Source: Candidatus Micrarchaeota archaeon | Lineage (GTDB): Archaea > Micrarchaeota > Micrarchaeia > Norongarragalinales > SBBD01 | Direction of reading: 5' to 3' | DNA: 34,489 nt | Assembly: GCA_043813365.1 (NCBI GenBank) | Contig: JBDRLB010000004.1 | Coordinates: 1-34,489, forward strand | Shown here: one piece after another, positions 17,053 to 26,071 of the stretch | Numbering within the stretch: position 1 is the first letter of the stretch | How the letters are laid out: every line of letters begins with the position of its first letter | Made by a program: the position numbers and the translations under genes | The notes under the pieces: model-generated | What the model saw: only the letters and a program-made list of their open reading frames with translations | What the model was told of the DNA's origin: nothing | Database searches by the model: none

Positions 17053-17616
17053 TCAGAATTCCTCCTCAACAAGGCCGCAGATGATGTGCGCAGCAGCAAT
17101 GTGCACTTCCTGTATCCGGTCGGTGCCGTCAGCAGGGACGCAGATGCAAATGTCGGAAAGCGCCTTTAGCTTCCCCCCATCCCTGCCAGTAAATGCGACC
17201 ACCTTTACGCCCATTTTCTTTGCAGAATTTGCCGCTTCCAGCACGTTTTTCGAGTTGCCGCTGGTGCTCAATGCGAATAGCACGTCTCCCTTGGAGGCAA
17301 GCGCTTCAATCTGGCGGCTGAAAATGAGGTCGAATGATGCATCATTCGCAATTGCTGTAATCGCGGATGTATCTGTTGTAAGCGCAATTGCGGGCAACGG
17401 CTGCCGTTCCTTCTTGAACCTCCATACGAGTTCAGCTGCGATGTGCTGCGAATCAGCAGCTGAGCCTCCGTTTCCGCAAATCAGCAACTTATTTCCCCTT
17501 TTCAGGCAATCAATGAGCATTTTTGCCGCTTTTTCAATATCGGGTGCACACTCGTCAGCTGCTTTCCGTCTTGTTTCCGCTCCTTCAATGAGCTGTCTTC
17601 CAATTTCCTCCTTCAC
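17053..17616 (-). CDS. gmhA: Phosphoheptose (sedoheptulose-7-phosphate) isomerase
   Basis: CGNGGSAADSQHIAAEL, TAIAND, FSRQIEAL, STSGNSKNV, RIQEVH. GTG start with GGAGGGGG RBS. Confidence 0.96.
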   Translation of the reverse strand: MKEEIGRQLIEGAETRRKAADECAPDIEKAAKMLIDCLKRGNKLLICGNGGSAADSQHIAAELVWRFKKERQPLPAIALTTDTSAITAIANDASFDLIFSRQIEALASKGDVLFALSTSGNSKNVLEAANSAKKMGVKVVAFTGRDGGKLKALSDICICVPADGTDRIQEVHIAAAHIICGLVEEEF

Positions 17617-17756
17617 ATCAACCCCCCTCCAGAAATTAGTTTTTTCAGGGTTTTAAAATGATTGCTATTTGGTGAATAAGCGGGGTCCATGGAAAGGCGC
17701 CTATTAAGCTTAGAGTGGGAATTTTAAAGCAGGGCATTCAAATTTTCTTGATCGTC
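17617..17756. promoter_or_regulatory. Divergent promoters for the heptose operon and galU
   Basis: TTTTAAAA at 17651-17658 (upstream of gmhA) and TTTTAAAG at 17722-17729 (about 30 bp before the galU ATG). Confidence 0.55.
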
Positions 17757-18623
17757 ATGATAAGGCACGCGGTTATTCCTGCAGCGGGGTTCGGGACGAG
17801 GTTCCTTCCCGCAACGAAGGCGCAGCCGAAGGAGATGCTGCCCATTGTGGATAAGCCGGCAATACAGTTCGTTGTGGAGGAAGTTGCTGCTTCTGGGATA
17901 AGGGACATACTGATAATTACGGGAAGGGGGAAGCGCGCGATCGAGGACCATTTCGACAAATCCTTCGAGCTGGAGGAATTCCTGAAGAAAAGCGGGAAAA
18001 CTGAGCAGTTGGCGGAAATACAGAAGATCTCCTCGCTTGCGGACATCCATTACATGAGGCAGAAAGAGCAGCTGGGGCTGGGTGATGCGGTGCTTTGTGC
18101 GGAGAAGCATATCGGAAGCGAGCCGTTTGCGCTGCTTCTGGGGGACATCATCGTCGAGTCAAAAGTGCCGTGCACGAAGCAGCTTATGGAGAAGCACGCG
18201 AAGCATGGCGCGGGAGTGATTGCAGTTGAGGAGGTTGCGAAGGAAAATGTGGGCAAATACGGCATTGTCAAGCCCAAGGGGGCAATTTCCGAAACTTTCG
18301 AAGTTGGGGCGCTGGTGGAAAAGCCGCTTGCAGCAAATGCGCCCTCGAACCTTGCAATAATCGGGAGGTACGTGCTGGAGGCGGACATTTTCGATGAATT
18401 GAAGAATGCAAAACCAGGGAAGAACGGCGAAATACAGCTGACGGATTCATTGAATGCAATTGCGCAGAAAAGGAAATTGCTGGCAACGAAATTCGAGGGT
18501 AAAAGCTACGATATCGGGGACAAGCTCGCGTATGCGGAGGCGTTTGCTGGGCTTGCGATGAAAAGGAAGGACATCGGGCAGGAGTTCAGGGAATCGCTAA
18601 GGAAAATGCTCGGCAGCAGCTGA
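17757..18623 (+). CDS. galU: UTP--glucose-1-phosphate uridylyltransferase
   Basis: AVIPAAGFGTRFLPATKAQPKEMLPIVDKP, KRAIEDHFD, LGLGDAV, VEKP, GEIQLTD. Start moved to ATG 17757. Confidence 0.96.
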   Translation: MIRHAVIPAAGFGTRFLPATKAQPKEMLPIVDKPAIQFVVEEVAASGIRDILIITGRGKRAIEDHFDKSFELEEFLKKSGKTEQLAEIQKISSLADIHYMRQKEQLGLGDAVLCAEKHIGSEPFALLLGDIIVESKVPCTKQLMEKHAKHGAGVIAVEEVAKENVGKYGIVKPKGAISETFEVGALVEKPLAANAPSNLAIIGRYVLEADIFDELKNAKPGKNGEIQLTDSLNAIAQKRKLLATKFEGKSYDIGDKLAYAEAFAGLAMKRKDIGQEFRESLRKMLGSS

Positions 18624-18655
18624 TTGCGGGAATACATTCCGATACAGGGAAGAAG

Positions 18656-19984
18656 ATGGGAAACATTGTTGGAAGCGTATTAAAGGTACCTAGTGGAAAG
18701 CATGAAAGGAGCCTTATCATCCTGCTCACGATCATTGCGCTCCCCATAATCGGGTTCGGGATTTACGAGATTTTTGCGAATGACCTCCTAAGAGTGGAGA
18801 GCGACGTCCCAAGCCATGCGATAAGGGGGTATTTTTTCGCTGAAAACCCCAATTTCGTGAGGGAGTGGTACCTGGGAGCGGATATTTTCAAATACTACCC
18901 GCCGGTTCCGATCTGGGTATCGGGGATATTCTACATACTCGTCCCCCAGCCGGGCTTTTCGCTTTCGGTGCTTTTCCTGCTTTGCTTCATCGCGATAATC
19001 GGCGTTTCAGGGCTCATTGCAAAGCAGCTGCAGGAAAAATTCATTCAGGGAGCATTCGCGGGGCTTATGCTGCTTGCATCATACCCCTCGATTTCGAGGT
19101 ACGTGAATGGGGGGAGGTTCGGGGACTTGCTGGGAATGGTTTTCTTCCTCTCATTCGCTGCAATGGCGCTTTCCTACTACAATAAGCCCACGAAAAAACG
19201 GATGGTTGCGCTGATGGGGATTTCATTGTTTGCGATGCTGACGCATTTCCTTTCGGGATTGCTGGTGCTTTCTGCAACCGGCTTAATTTTCGCGTATTCC
19301 CTCTATAAAAAAGACCCCAAGGCGAGGAACGTCTTCCTTATTGCACTCGCAGGGGCGGCTCCTTCCATCCTCTTCTGGGTGCCGTTCTATTTGCAGGCAA
19401 ACCAATGGGTCGCCGGTTCGGGCGTTTTTACGGCGAACACGCATTATGATTTGAGGCACACGCTGTTCTACCTTTTGATAATCATCAACCTTTTCCTGCT
19501 GATAAGGAAGAGGCCGATTGCCGCATATGCAATCGCATTCCTGCTGCTAGTTGGAGGGGCGTACAAATTGGATTCTTTCTCGGTTGTGTTCAAGGAGAAT
19601 TTTGACGGGCTGGAAATGGATGCGCCCTATTCCACAATTGACGGGTATGCGGGACCGGCAATCTGGTCCGTGCTGGCATACAAGGGATTCGTTGGCGATT
19701 ATGGAAGCTATGATCCCGGAGCACCGCCGGAAGTTGTGGAAAGGTTCCTTGCGCTTAATAGGACGGACTGCAAGTCGCTGGACGAGTACTCGGGAATTAC
19801 CGGAGTGAAATACTTCATAACGAACCAAACCGACTTGGAAAGGTGCGGCTATGCGCTCGTATGGGAGGGGAAGAACGACATTTACGATTACTCCGCTGAT
19901 TTCAATGGGAAGGTGCCGCTGCTTGCAGCTGCGAATGAATCGGTGTACTCGGCTAAATTGAGGGTTTACAAAAAAGAAGGATGA
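18656..19984 (+). CDS. Polytopic membrane protein, GT-C-like (lipid-phosphate-sugar dependent) glycosyltransferase candidate
   Basis: TM1 followed by an external loop SDVPSH...W.LG....YYPP, about 10 more hydrophobic segments including LTH, and a soluble C-terminal domain ending GVKYFI. Confidence 0.6.
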   Translation: MGNIVGSVLKVPSGKHERSLIILLTIIALPIIGFGIYEIFANDLLRVESDVPSHAIRGYFFAENPNFVREWYLGADIFKYYPPVPIWVSGIFYILVPQPGFSLSVLFLLCFIAIIGVSGLIAKQLQEKFIQGAFAGLMLLASYPSISRYVNGGRFGDLLGMVFFLSFAAMALSYYNKPTKKRMVALMGISLFAMLTHFLSGLLVLSATGLIFAYSLYKKDPKARNVFLIALAGAAPSILFWVPFYLQANQWVAGSGVFTANTHYDLRHTLFYLLIIINLFLLIRKRPIAAYAIAFLLLVGGAYKLDSFSVVFKENFDGLEMDAPYSTIDGYAGPAIWSVLAYKGFVGDYGSYDPGAPPEVVERFLALNRTDCKSLDEYSGITGVKYFITNQTDLERCGYALVWEGKNDIYDYSADFNGKVPLLAAANESVYSAKLRVYKKEG

Positions 19985-19991
19985 AAGCGGC

Positions 19992-21089
19992 CTATTCCCC
20001 GGCAATTTTCCTGTAAACTGACGCAAGCTTCCTTGCGGAATCATCCCAATTGAACTTCCTTGACTGCTTTTGCGCAAGGCCGGAATATTTTTTCCTAAGG
20101 AAGGCGCTGGAAAGCAATTTCCTGATGGCATTTGCGAATTCGCCGGGCTTGGAAGGATTTACGAGTATGCCCGCATCCCCTACGACTTCGGGTATTGCAG
20201 CAGATTTGGAAGCTACGACGGGAACGCCGCATGCCATTGCCTCCAAAGGAGGGAGGCCGAAACCCGCATAATAGCAGGGGTAAACGAAAACGGATGCGGA
20301 ATTGTAAAGAAGGGGAAGATCGGCCTCCTCAACATAATCAAGGAAAACGGTTTGCCCGTAAATGCCCGCCTTTTTCAGCCAATGCCGGGTATTTTCCCTT
20401 CCTCCGGGCCAGCTGGGCTTCCCTGCTTTCACGAATGTGAATTTTATGCCGCTCTGCCTCAGTTTCCCCAAAGCGCTTATTAGCACGGAAAGGTTCTTGC
20501 GGGGCTCCTCCGAACCCACGTAGAGAATGATCGGGGAATTGCCCGGAATATGGTGTTTTTTCAGGAAGCCGGATGGCACTTTCATTTTCCTGAAAATCCT
20601 ATGGTCAACTGCATTATGCACAACCGAAATCCTGTTTGAGGGGATGCCGAACTCCACTACAAGCTCCCTTTTCAGGAATTCGGAAACCGCAATGATGTGG
20701 AAGGCACGCCTCATGCCTGCGATGTTCATCTTTGCAATCAGGCGCTTGGGGACGGGCAATTCCCTTTGGTTGAGGAAGGGATGCACCTCATGCACTGTAA
20801 GGAGGGTTTTCTGGCCGTCGAAAATCGGCGTATTAAGCAGCGCTGCGATGGTTTCGGAAGTGAGATGCGCAATTGGGGAGCGCTTCTCCCTTGCTATTTG
20901 GAAGGGGTAGGAGAGGTAGAGCGTGAGGTAGTAAGTTGCGGAGCGGCTCTTTTGGGAGAATGCGATCTCATGCGTGCTGATCCCGTATTTCGGAAGCCGC
21001 TTGGAGGTTTCGGAAACGCTTCGGAGGATCCCATACAGCTGGCCCTGCTCTGCCATCCTTGTAGCTGTTATCAAATCTACATCCAGCAT
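19992..21089 (-). CDS. GT4-family glycosyltransferase (mannosyl/rhamnosyltransferase-like)
   Basis: LTVHE, IIAVSEF, VVHNAVD, YVGSEEPRKN, FVYP.YYAGFGLPPLEAMACGVPV (first Glu of EX7E replaced by Ala). Confidence 0.9.
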   Translation of the reverse strand: MLDVDLITATRMAEQGQLYGILRSVSETSKRLPKYGISTHEIAFSQKSRSATYYLTLYLSYPFQIAREKRSPIAHLTSETIAALLNTPIFDGQKTLLTVHEVHPFLNQRELPVPKRLIAKMNIAGMRRAFHIIAVSEFLKRELVVEFGIPSNRISVVHNAVDHRIFRKMKVPSGFLKKHHIPGNSPIILYVGSEEPRKNLSVLISALGKLRQSGIKFTFVKAGKPSWPGGRENTRHWLKKAGIYGQTVFLDYVEEADLPLLYNSASVFVYPCYYAGFGLPPLEAMACGVPVVASKSAAIPEVVGDAGILVNPSKPGEFANAIRKLLSSAFLRKKYSGLAQKQSRKFNWDDSARKLASVYRKIAGE

Positions 21090-21105
21090 CTCGGACCAAC
21101 TCCTT

Positions 21106-22362
21106 TCAAGAGGTAAGTATTTCGAATTCCGGAAGCGGCACGATGAATTTCCCTCCCTGCTTGAAGAATTCCGCCTCGCGCTGCCTGAACTCCTTCAGGA
21201 AGTGCCATGGAAGGATGAGGAAATAATCCGGCTTTTCCTGCCTTGCCTGCTCCTCGGAAATTATGGGGATGAGCGTGCCCACGGTTTTCCTCCCCCACTT
21301 GTCCTTGTTGCGTTCGGCAGCTGCCTTGATGAGCGTGTTATCCAGACTGAAATACTGGAGCAGCGTATTGCCCTTCGTGCTCGCGCCGTAAACATATATT
21401 TTTTTGCCCGCCCCGACTTCCTTGCGGATGAATCCTACAACATCCTTTTTCCTCTTTTCAACCCTCTGCGCAAAATCAAGGTAGGGCTTCATAGTCCCGA
21501 GGCCCAATTGCTTCTCCGAATCCTCGAGTTTTTTCACGTTTTGGGCGGCATCATCAGGGATGTGCGCAATCGTTCCTTCCTCATGCCTCACATACACCCT
21601 GAAGCTTCCGCCGTTAACATCGTTCAGTTCCGCATCGAATACCTCCAGCCCGTGCCTTTTCAGGAGGAAGTTGAGCGACTGGAGCGAATAATATTCGAGG
21701 TGCTCATGGCAGATGTTGTCAAATGCGTTCTGCTCCAGCATCAGCGGAAGGTAGGACATCTGTATTATCCAAACCCCGTCCTTCTCGAGAAGGGAGGCAA
21801 TGTCGGCAACAAACTTGTCAGGCTCCTCGAGATCGTAGAACATCGCGATGCTCGTGATTATTTTCGCCTTCTTTTCCCCCAGCTCGCTCTTGAAGGAGGC
21901 GGCGTTGAAGAAGTCGTTGATTATCTTGTCATTGCCCTTCATCGCATCCGGGACGAGGTTTTTCGCGGGCTCGAAACCCACTTTGAAAAGCTCTTTTGAA
22001 ATATACTGCCTTAGAAGGGTGCCGTCATTGGCGCCAATGTCAATTGCGATGTCGCCCTTCTCGATATCAACTAGTTTTTCGGCTTTGTGCGCGATGTCTG
22101 CAAGCGCATCCGTCATGGTCTGGTTCATTCCAGACCGGTACCAGTACTGGCGGTACATTATTTCCGGAGGGGTAGTAGTCGTAAGCTGCAAAAGCCCGCA
22201 TCCTCCTGAAGTGGGATCGCAAAGCACCAGATCAAGGGGGATTTTTACGCCCTCTTCGCCCGCATCCACGAAATTCGAAACGTATTGCGGCCCTAGTGCC
22301 AGTATCGGCACCAGCTTTGCAGAATTGCATACACGGCAGGTGTTTCTAGGCGATATGTCCAT
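21106..22362 (-). CDS. NDP-sugar C-methyltransferase (TcaB9/EryBIII/NovU-like, Zn-binding N-terminus)
   Basis: CRVC...C....CGLLQL, Y.YRS, DIGANDG, FDNICHEHLEYYS, GGSFRV, YGASTKGNTLL, ILPWHF, FIVPLP. Confidence 0.9.
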   Translation of the reverse strand: MDISPRNTCRVCNSAKLVPILALGPQYVSNFVDAGEEGVKIPLDLVLCDPTSGGCGLLQLTTTTPPEIMYRQYWYRSGMNQTMTDALADIAHKAEKLVDIEKGDIAIDIGANDGTLLRQYISKELFKVGFEPAKNLVPDAMKGNDKIINDFFNAASFKSELGEKKAKIITSIAMFYDLEEPDKFVADIASLLEKDGVWIIQMSYLPLMLEQNAFDNICHEHLEYYSLQSLNFLLKRHGLEVFDAELNDVNGGSFRVYVRHEEGTIAHIPDDAAQNVKKLEDSEKQLGLGTMKPYLDFAQRVEKRKKDVVGFIRKEVGAGKKIYVYGASTKGNTLLQYFSLDNTLIKAAAERNKDKWGRKTVGTLIPIISEEQARQEKPDYFLILPWHFLKEFRQREAEFFKQGGKFIVPLPEFEILTS

Positions 22363-22525
22363 CGGTATCCCCCCATCTGAAAATATCAGTTTTAAACCTT
22401 ATCACTTCTTAATAAGCTATCTTTCGGACTATAGACTTAAAAGTATTCGGTCGGGGCAGGGGAAAAGGATGGGAAGCAATCTGATGCAATAACTCCGCAT
22501 TTGCAAAAGCTATTTTGGTGGGAAA
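22363..22525. promoter_or_regulatory. Divergent promoter region
   Basis: GTTTTAAACC at 22389-22398 about 30 bp before the C-methyltransferase start, and CTTAAAAG near 22436-22443. Confidence 0.45.
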
Positions 22526-23155
22526 GTGAGCAAGAAGGAAACTTGGGAAAAGGTGTGGAAGAACCAGCGGAAGAATAGGGGGCTGTTCGACAGGGTGCTT
22601 TGGAAATTGAGGCACAGCACATCGAGAAATTATGCGGAAAAAATTTCCAAAATGCTGGAAGGGAAACCGAAGCCCAAAATACTCGAGGTCGGGTGCGGAT
22701 CGGCAGTCACGTTCATCTATTTGAGGAAAAAAATCCCGGATGCGGAGCTGGTGGGACTGGATTTTTCCCCGGCTGCACTCAAATTGGCGGAAAAAAGGAA
22801 TAAGGGATGCAAATTCATCGAGGGGGATGCGAAGAAGATGCCTTTTGGAAGCGGCAAATTCGATTTCGTCTACAGTTTGGGGCTGATAGAGCATTTTTCA
22901 AGGGAAGTGGCTCTGCAAATTGTGAAAGAGCATGCAAGGGCTGCAAAGGAGGGGGGGATTGTGATGATCGTTGTTCCGGCAAAATACTCGCTGATACATA
23001 TGGCAAGGGTAGTTGCGGGCAATAAGTGGCCTTTCGGGTACGAGGAGGCGTTCGGAAAGCAGGAGCTGCTGGAAGTGATGCGGAAAGCGGGGCTGAAACA
23101 CATAAGGATCGAAAGGCTCAAGACGATAATTTACCTTGCAACGGGTATGAAGTGA
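22526..23155 (+). CDS. Class I SAM-dependent methyltransferase
   Basis: ILEVGCGSA, GLDFS, GDAKKMPF...FDFVYSLGLIEHF. Confidence 0.88.
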   Translation: MSKKETWEKVWKNQRKNRGLFDRVLWKLRHSTSRNYAEKISKMLEGKPKPKILEVGCGSAVTFIYLRKKIPDAELVGLDFSPAALKLAEKRNKGCKFIEGDAKKMPFGSGKFDFVYSLGLIEHFSREVALQIVKEHARAAKEGGIVMIVVPAKYSLIHMARVVAGNKWPFGYEEAFGKQELLEVMRKAGLKHIRIERLKTIIYLATGMK

Positions 23156-23158
23156 TTG

Positions 23159-23860
23159 ATGATGATGCTCTCCATTGTGATACCGACATTGAACGAGAAT
23201 GACAATATCGGCAGGCTGGTTTCGGAAATAAGGAAGAAGGTGGAGGTGCCCTTCGAGATAATAATCATCGATGACGGATCAACTGATGGCACAATTGGAA
23301 CCATAAGGAAGCTGCAGAAATCAATGGGGAAAAGGCTCCGACTGATACAAAGGAAGGAGAGGGGGCTTGGAGGCGCGATGTCAAAAGGGCTGCAGGCCGC
23401 AAAGGGGGAATTCATTGCAACGATGGATGCGGACTTGTCGCACGACCCAATTGACATAAGGGGGATGCTCAAGGCAATTGAGGGGAACGACGTGGTTGTG
23501 GGCTCACGTTACCTGAAGGGCGCGAAAGTGCAGAAAATCACGTGGAAGAGGCTCATAATAAGCAAGGGCGCGAATTACCTCACCAAGATATTCCTCGGGC
23601 TGACGCCCTCGGATTTGACGAATAATTTCAGGTTATACCGCAGGAGCAGCCTAAAGGAAATCCACCTCGGAAAAATAAGGAACAAGTCGTTCAGCTTCCT
23701 TGTGGAGGTGCTTTACCTGCTTGCAAGGAAGGGATGCAAAATGGTTGAATTCCCGATACATTTCCGGGAGAGGGAGGACGGGCTTTCCAAACTCTCGAAA
23801 TCGCAGTACGTGATGTTCGCAAAAACAATCGCAAGGCTGAAGCTTTCCGAAATCGGATGA
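23159..23860 (+). CDS. Dolichol/polyprenol-phosphate glycosyltransferase (DPM1-like GT2)
   Basis: SIVIPTLNENDNI, IDDGSTDGT, RGLGGA, MDADLSHDP, VVGSRY, DLT..FRLY, EFPIHFRER..G.SKL. Confidence 0.9.
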   Translation: MMMLSIVIPTLNENDNIGRLVSEIRKKVEVPFEIIIIDDGSTDGTIGTIRKLQKSMGKRLRLIQRKERGLGGAMSKGLQAAKGEFIATMDADLSHDPIDIRGMLKAIEGNDVVVGSRYLKGAKVQKITWKRLIISKGANYLTKIFLGLTPSDLTNNFRLYRRSSLKEIHLGKIRNKSFSFLVEVLYLLARKGCKMVEFPIHFREREDGLSKLSKSQYVMFAKTIARLKLSEIG

Positions 23861-23864
23861 GATT

Positions 23865-24329
23865 ATGCATAAAAGAATGGCGAAATTTCTGGAAAGGCAC
23901 CCCAAGTACCGCGTTTCAGCGCTCATGGAACGCGTGAAGGGGCATAGGAAGCCATTCATCAAATTCCTCCTTGTCGGGGTAAGCGCCACCTTCCTGACAT
24001 TGGGGCTGCTCTATTTGTTCACGGAATATTTCCAAATCTATTACGTGATTTCCGGGCTGCTTGCCTCCCAGCTTTCGATTTTCTGGAGCTTCATCTGGCA
24101 TGACAACTGGACGTGGGCGAAGAGGAGGAAGCAGAAGGGGCTTGTGCCGAGGTTCATGGCATTCGAGGGGATTTACGTTTCAAGCATCATCGCGAACAAC
24201 GCGCTCCTCTACTTGTTCACTGAATTCCTGAAAACCCAATACCTGCTCTCGATGGGGATGGCAATAGGGATAACTTTCACTTACAACTACGTGATGCATT
24301 CGAGAATCACGTTCAAGGAGACAAGCTGA
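23865..24329 (+). CDS. GtrA-family lipid-linked monosaccharide flippase
   Basis: FIKFLLVG, four hydrophobic segments, F.WHD.WTW, C-terminal YNY.MHSRITF. Follows the DPM1-like gene. Confidence 0.88.
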   Translation: MHKRMAKFLERHPKYRVSALMERVKGHRKPFIKFLLVGVSATFLTLGLLYLFTEYFQIYYVISGLLASQLSIFWSFIWHDNWTWAKRRKQKGLVPRFMAFEGIYVSSIIANNALLYLFTEFLKTQYLLSMGMAIGITFTYNYVMHSRITFKETS

Positions 24330-24375
24330 TGCGGAAAGACGGGGCGGAAGGATGGAAACCCCCAGTCACTGCCAC

Positions 24376-25941
24376 TCATTCAAACTTGAAATATTTCTTA
24401 AGGGGCTTCTTGATGAACGAGAGGTTCAAATTGACCCTTTTCTCAACTGCAAGGAGCATCTCGAAATCCGTCCTATCCGGTATCCGGAGAAGCAAAACAA
24501 GCGCAAGGTAGCCCAACCCATAAACTGCTGCAAGGAGGACCAGATTCAGGTCGGTCGAGGCTATTCCAGCAAGCTTGAACAGGTAAACCGTGCCGAGCAT
24601 TGAAATTATTCCCGAAAAGATGATTTTCAGGAAATCCGAATTGAAGGGAAGCGCGCGCGTGTTTGTGTATACGGTAAGCACGTTTAATCCTCCAAACAGT
24701 ATCAGCGAGGCGGAAGTTGACAATGCAGCTCCGGAAACCCCGAATTCCGGCACGAGGTTGTAATTCAGCAGGAGGTTCACAATAGCGGCAATGACCATGT
24801 GCATGAGCACCTTTCTTGGCTTGCTCAATGCGCTCAGCACATCAGCTGAATTGAAGAAAACCGAATAGCAAAGGTAGCCGAATGCGAGTATCTGCAACGG
24901 AAGCGCGGCAATTTCATACTGGTAGCCAAAAAGCACCCTGAGAACTTGCTTCCCGAAGAATGCAAACGCTGTGAAAATCGCGAAGTTTGCTCCGAACGAC
25001 CATTTCGCAAGGATGGAATAGATCTTCCTGAACTCCTCGTTCTTCCTTGCTGCAATGAGCCCCGTAGATATGGGAAGGAAGACCATGTTGAGCGCAATTG
25101 GTATTGTTATGAGCAGCGCTGCTGTTGGGAGTGCCGCATTGTAGATCCCTACTTCAGCGGAAGTGCGGAAATGCCCCAGGAAGAACACGTCGGTCCATGC
25201 CAATAAAGTGTAAACGATGCCCGCAAACATCAGCGGCAGGGAAAATGCGAGGATTTCCCTCTCGGCGCCTTTGCGATTTCCCCTCATCCCAAGGAAGTTG
25301 TGCGTCTTGTGCACCATGAAGTATGCAGCAAGCAGGAAGGAGACAATTGTTGCCGCAAGGTAGGCGATTGCGATTCCCATCAATTTGAAGCCGAAGTAGA
25401 GGAATATGACGGTCATCCCCAATTTCAGGGAGCTCTCCACGAATTGCTTCGTGAATATCTCGTATTTCACCTTCTCGTAGGCCCGAAAAACTCCGAACAG
25501 CACGCTGGTCATCGCATAAAACGGCACTGCGGCAGCAATTACCTGCAATACCTGCGTCAGGCCGGGGTTGTGGAAGAACCCGACGGAGATTTCTTCCGCA
25601 AAAATGAATACGAGCAGTGCGAAGAAGGTGCCGGAAACCAGCACCACCTTGAGCCCGGAATAGATCAATTCGTTAATGCGGGAATTGTTGTTGCTGACCC
25701 TCTGCTCCGCAACCATTTTCTGTATCGCGAGCCCCACGCCCAGCAAAGCTATTGCATTGATGATGTCAAATACCCCGAGTGCAAGTGAGAACGTGCCATA
25801 CTCCTCATAGCCCAAGCGCGCTACGAGCAGCCTGAATACGTAGAATACGGCCTTCCCGAACAGCATTCCTGCAAAGAAAAGCCCCGCGCTCTTGAAAATG
25901 GTCTTCAGGGGCCCATTCGCTGAAATTTCGCCGTCAACCAT
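24376..25941 (-). CDS. Wzx/MATE-like oligosaccharide flippase (AglR-like)
   Basis: 521 aa, about 14 TM. ARLG.EEYGTFSLA, FSLPL, TDVFFLGHF...EVGIYNAA, NLLLNY.LVP.FG..GAA. Confidence 0.92.
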   Translation of the reverse strand: MVDGEISANGPLKTIFKSAGLFFAGMLFGKAVFYVFRLLVARLGYEEYGTFSLALGVFDIINAIALLGVGLAIQKMVAEQRVSNNNSRINELIYSGLKVVLVSGTFFALLVFIFAEEISVGFFHNPGLTQVLQVIAAAVPFYAMTSVLFGVFRAYEKVKYEIFTKQFVESSLKLGMTVIFLYFGFKLMGIAIAYLAATIVSFLLAAYFMVHKTHNFLGMRGNRKGAEREILAFSLPLMFAGIVYTLLAWTDVFFLGHFRTSAEVGIYNAALPTAALLITIPIALNMVFLPISTGLIAARKNEEFRKIYSILAKWSFGANFAIFTAFAFFGKQVLRVLFGYQYEIAALPLQILAFGYLCYSVFFNSADVLSALSKPRKVLMHMVIAAIVNLLLNYNLVPEFGVSGAALSTSASLILFGGLNVLTVYTNTRALPFNSDFLKIIFSGIISMLGTVYLFKLAGIASTDLNLVLLAAVYGLGYLALVLLLRIPDRTDFEMLLAVEKRVNLNLSFIKKPLKKYFKFE

Positions 25942-26071
25942 AAATATTACCGGTATGGAAGGATTGCGCCATTCTCCAATTTTATAGATACAATTAAGGC
26001 ACCATTTTAATAGCTTGTCTAAATAACATAGTAAAAACAGCCGGGATTATGGCCGTTCGGGGGAAATTTGG

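Noticed and set aside
11812..17616. Interpretation as a bacterial LPS core locus
   Set aside because: The same contig carries alba, aglB, aglH and TATA-type promoters, and there are no lpx/kds/waaA genes in the window.
20974..21999. 341-aa ORF on + strand
   Set aside because: Antisense shadow of the well-supported C-methyltransferase, with no recognisable motifs.
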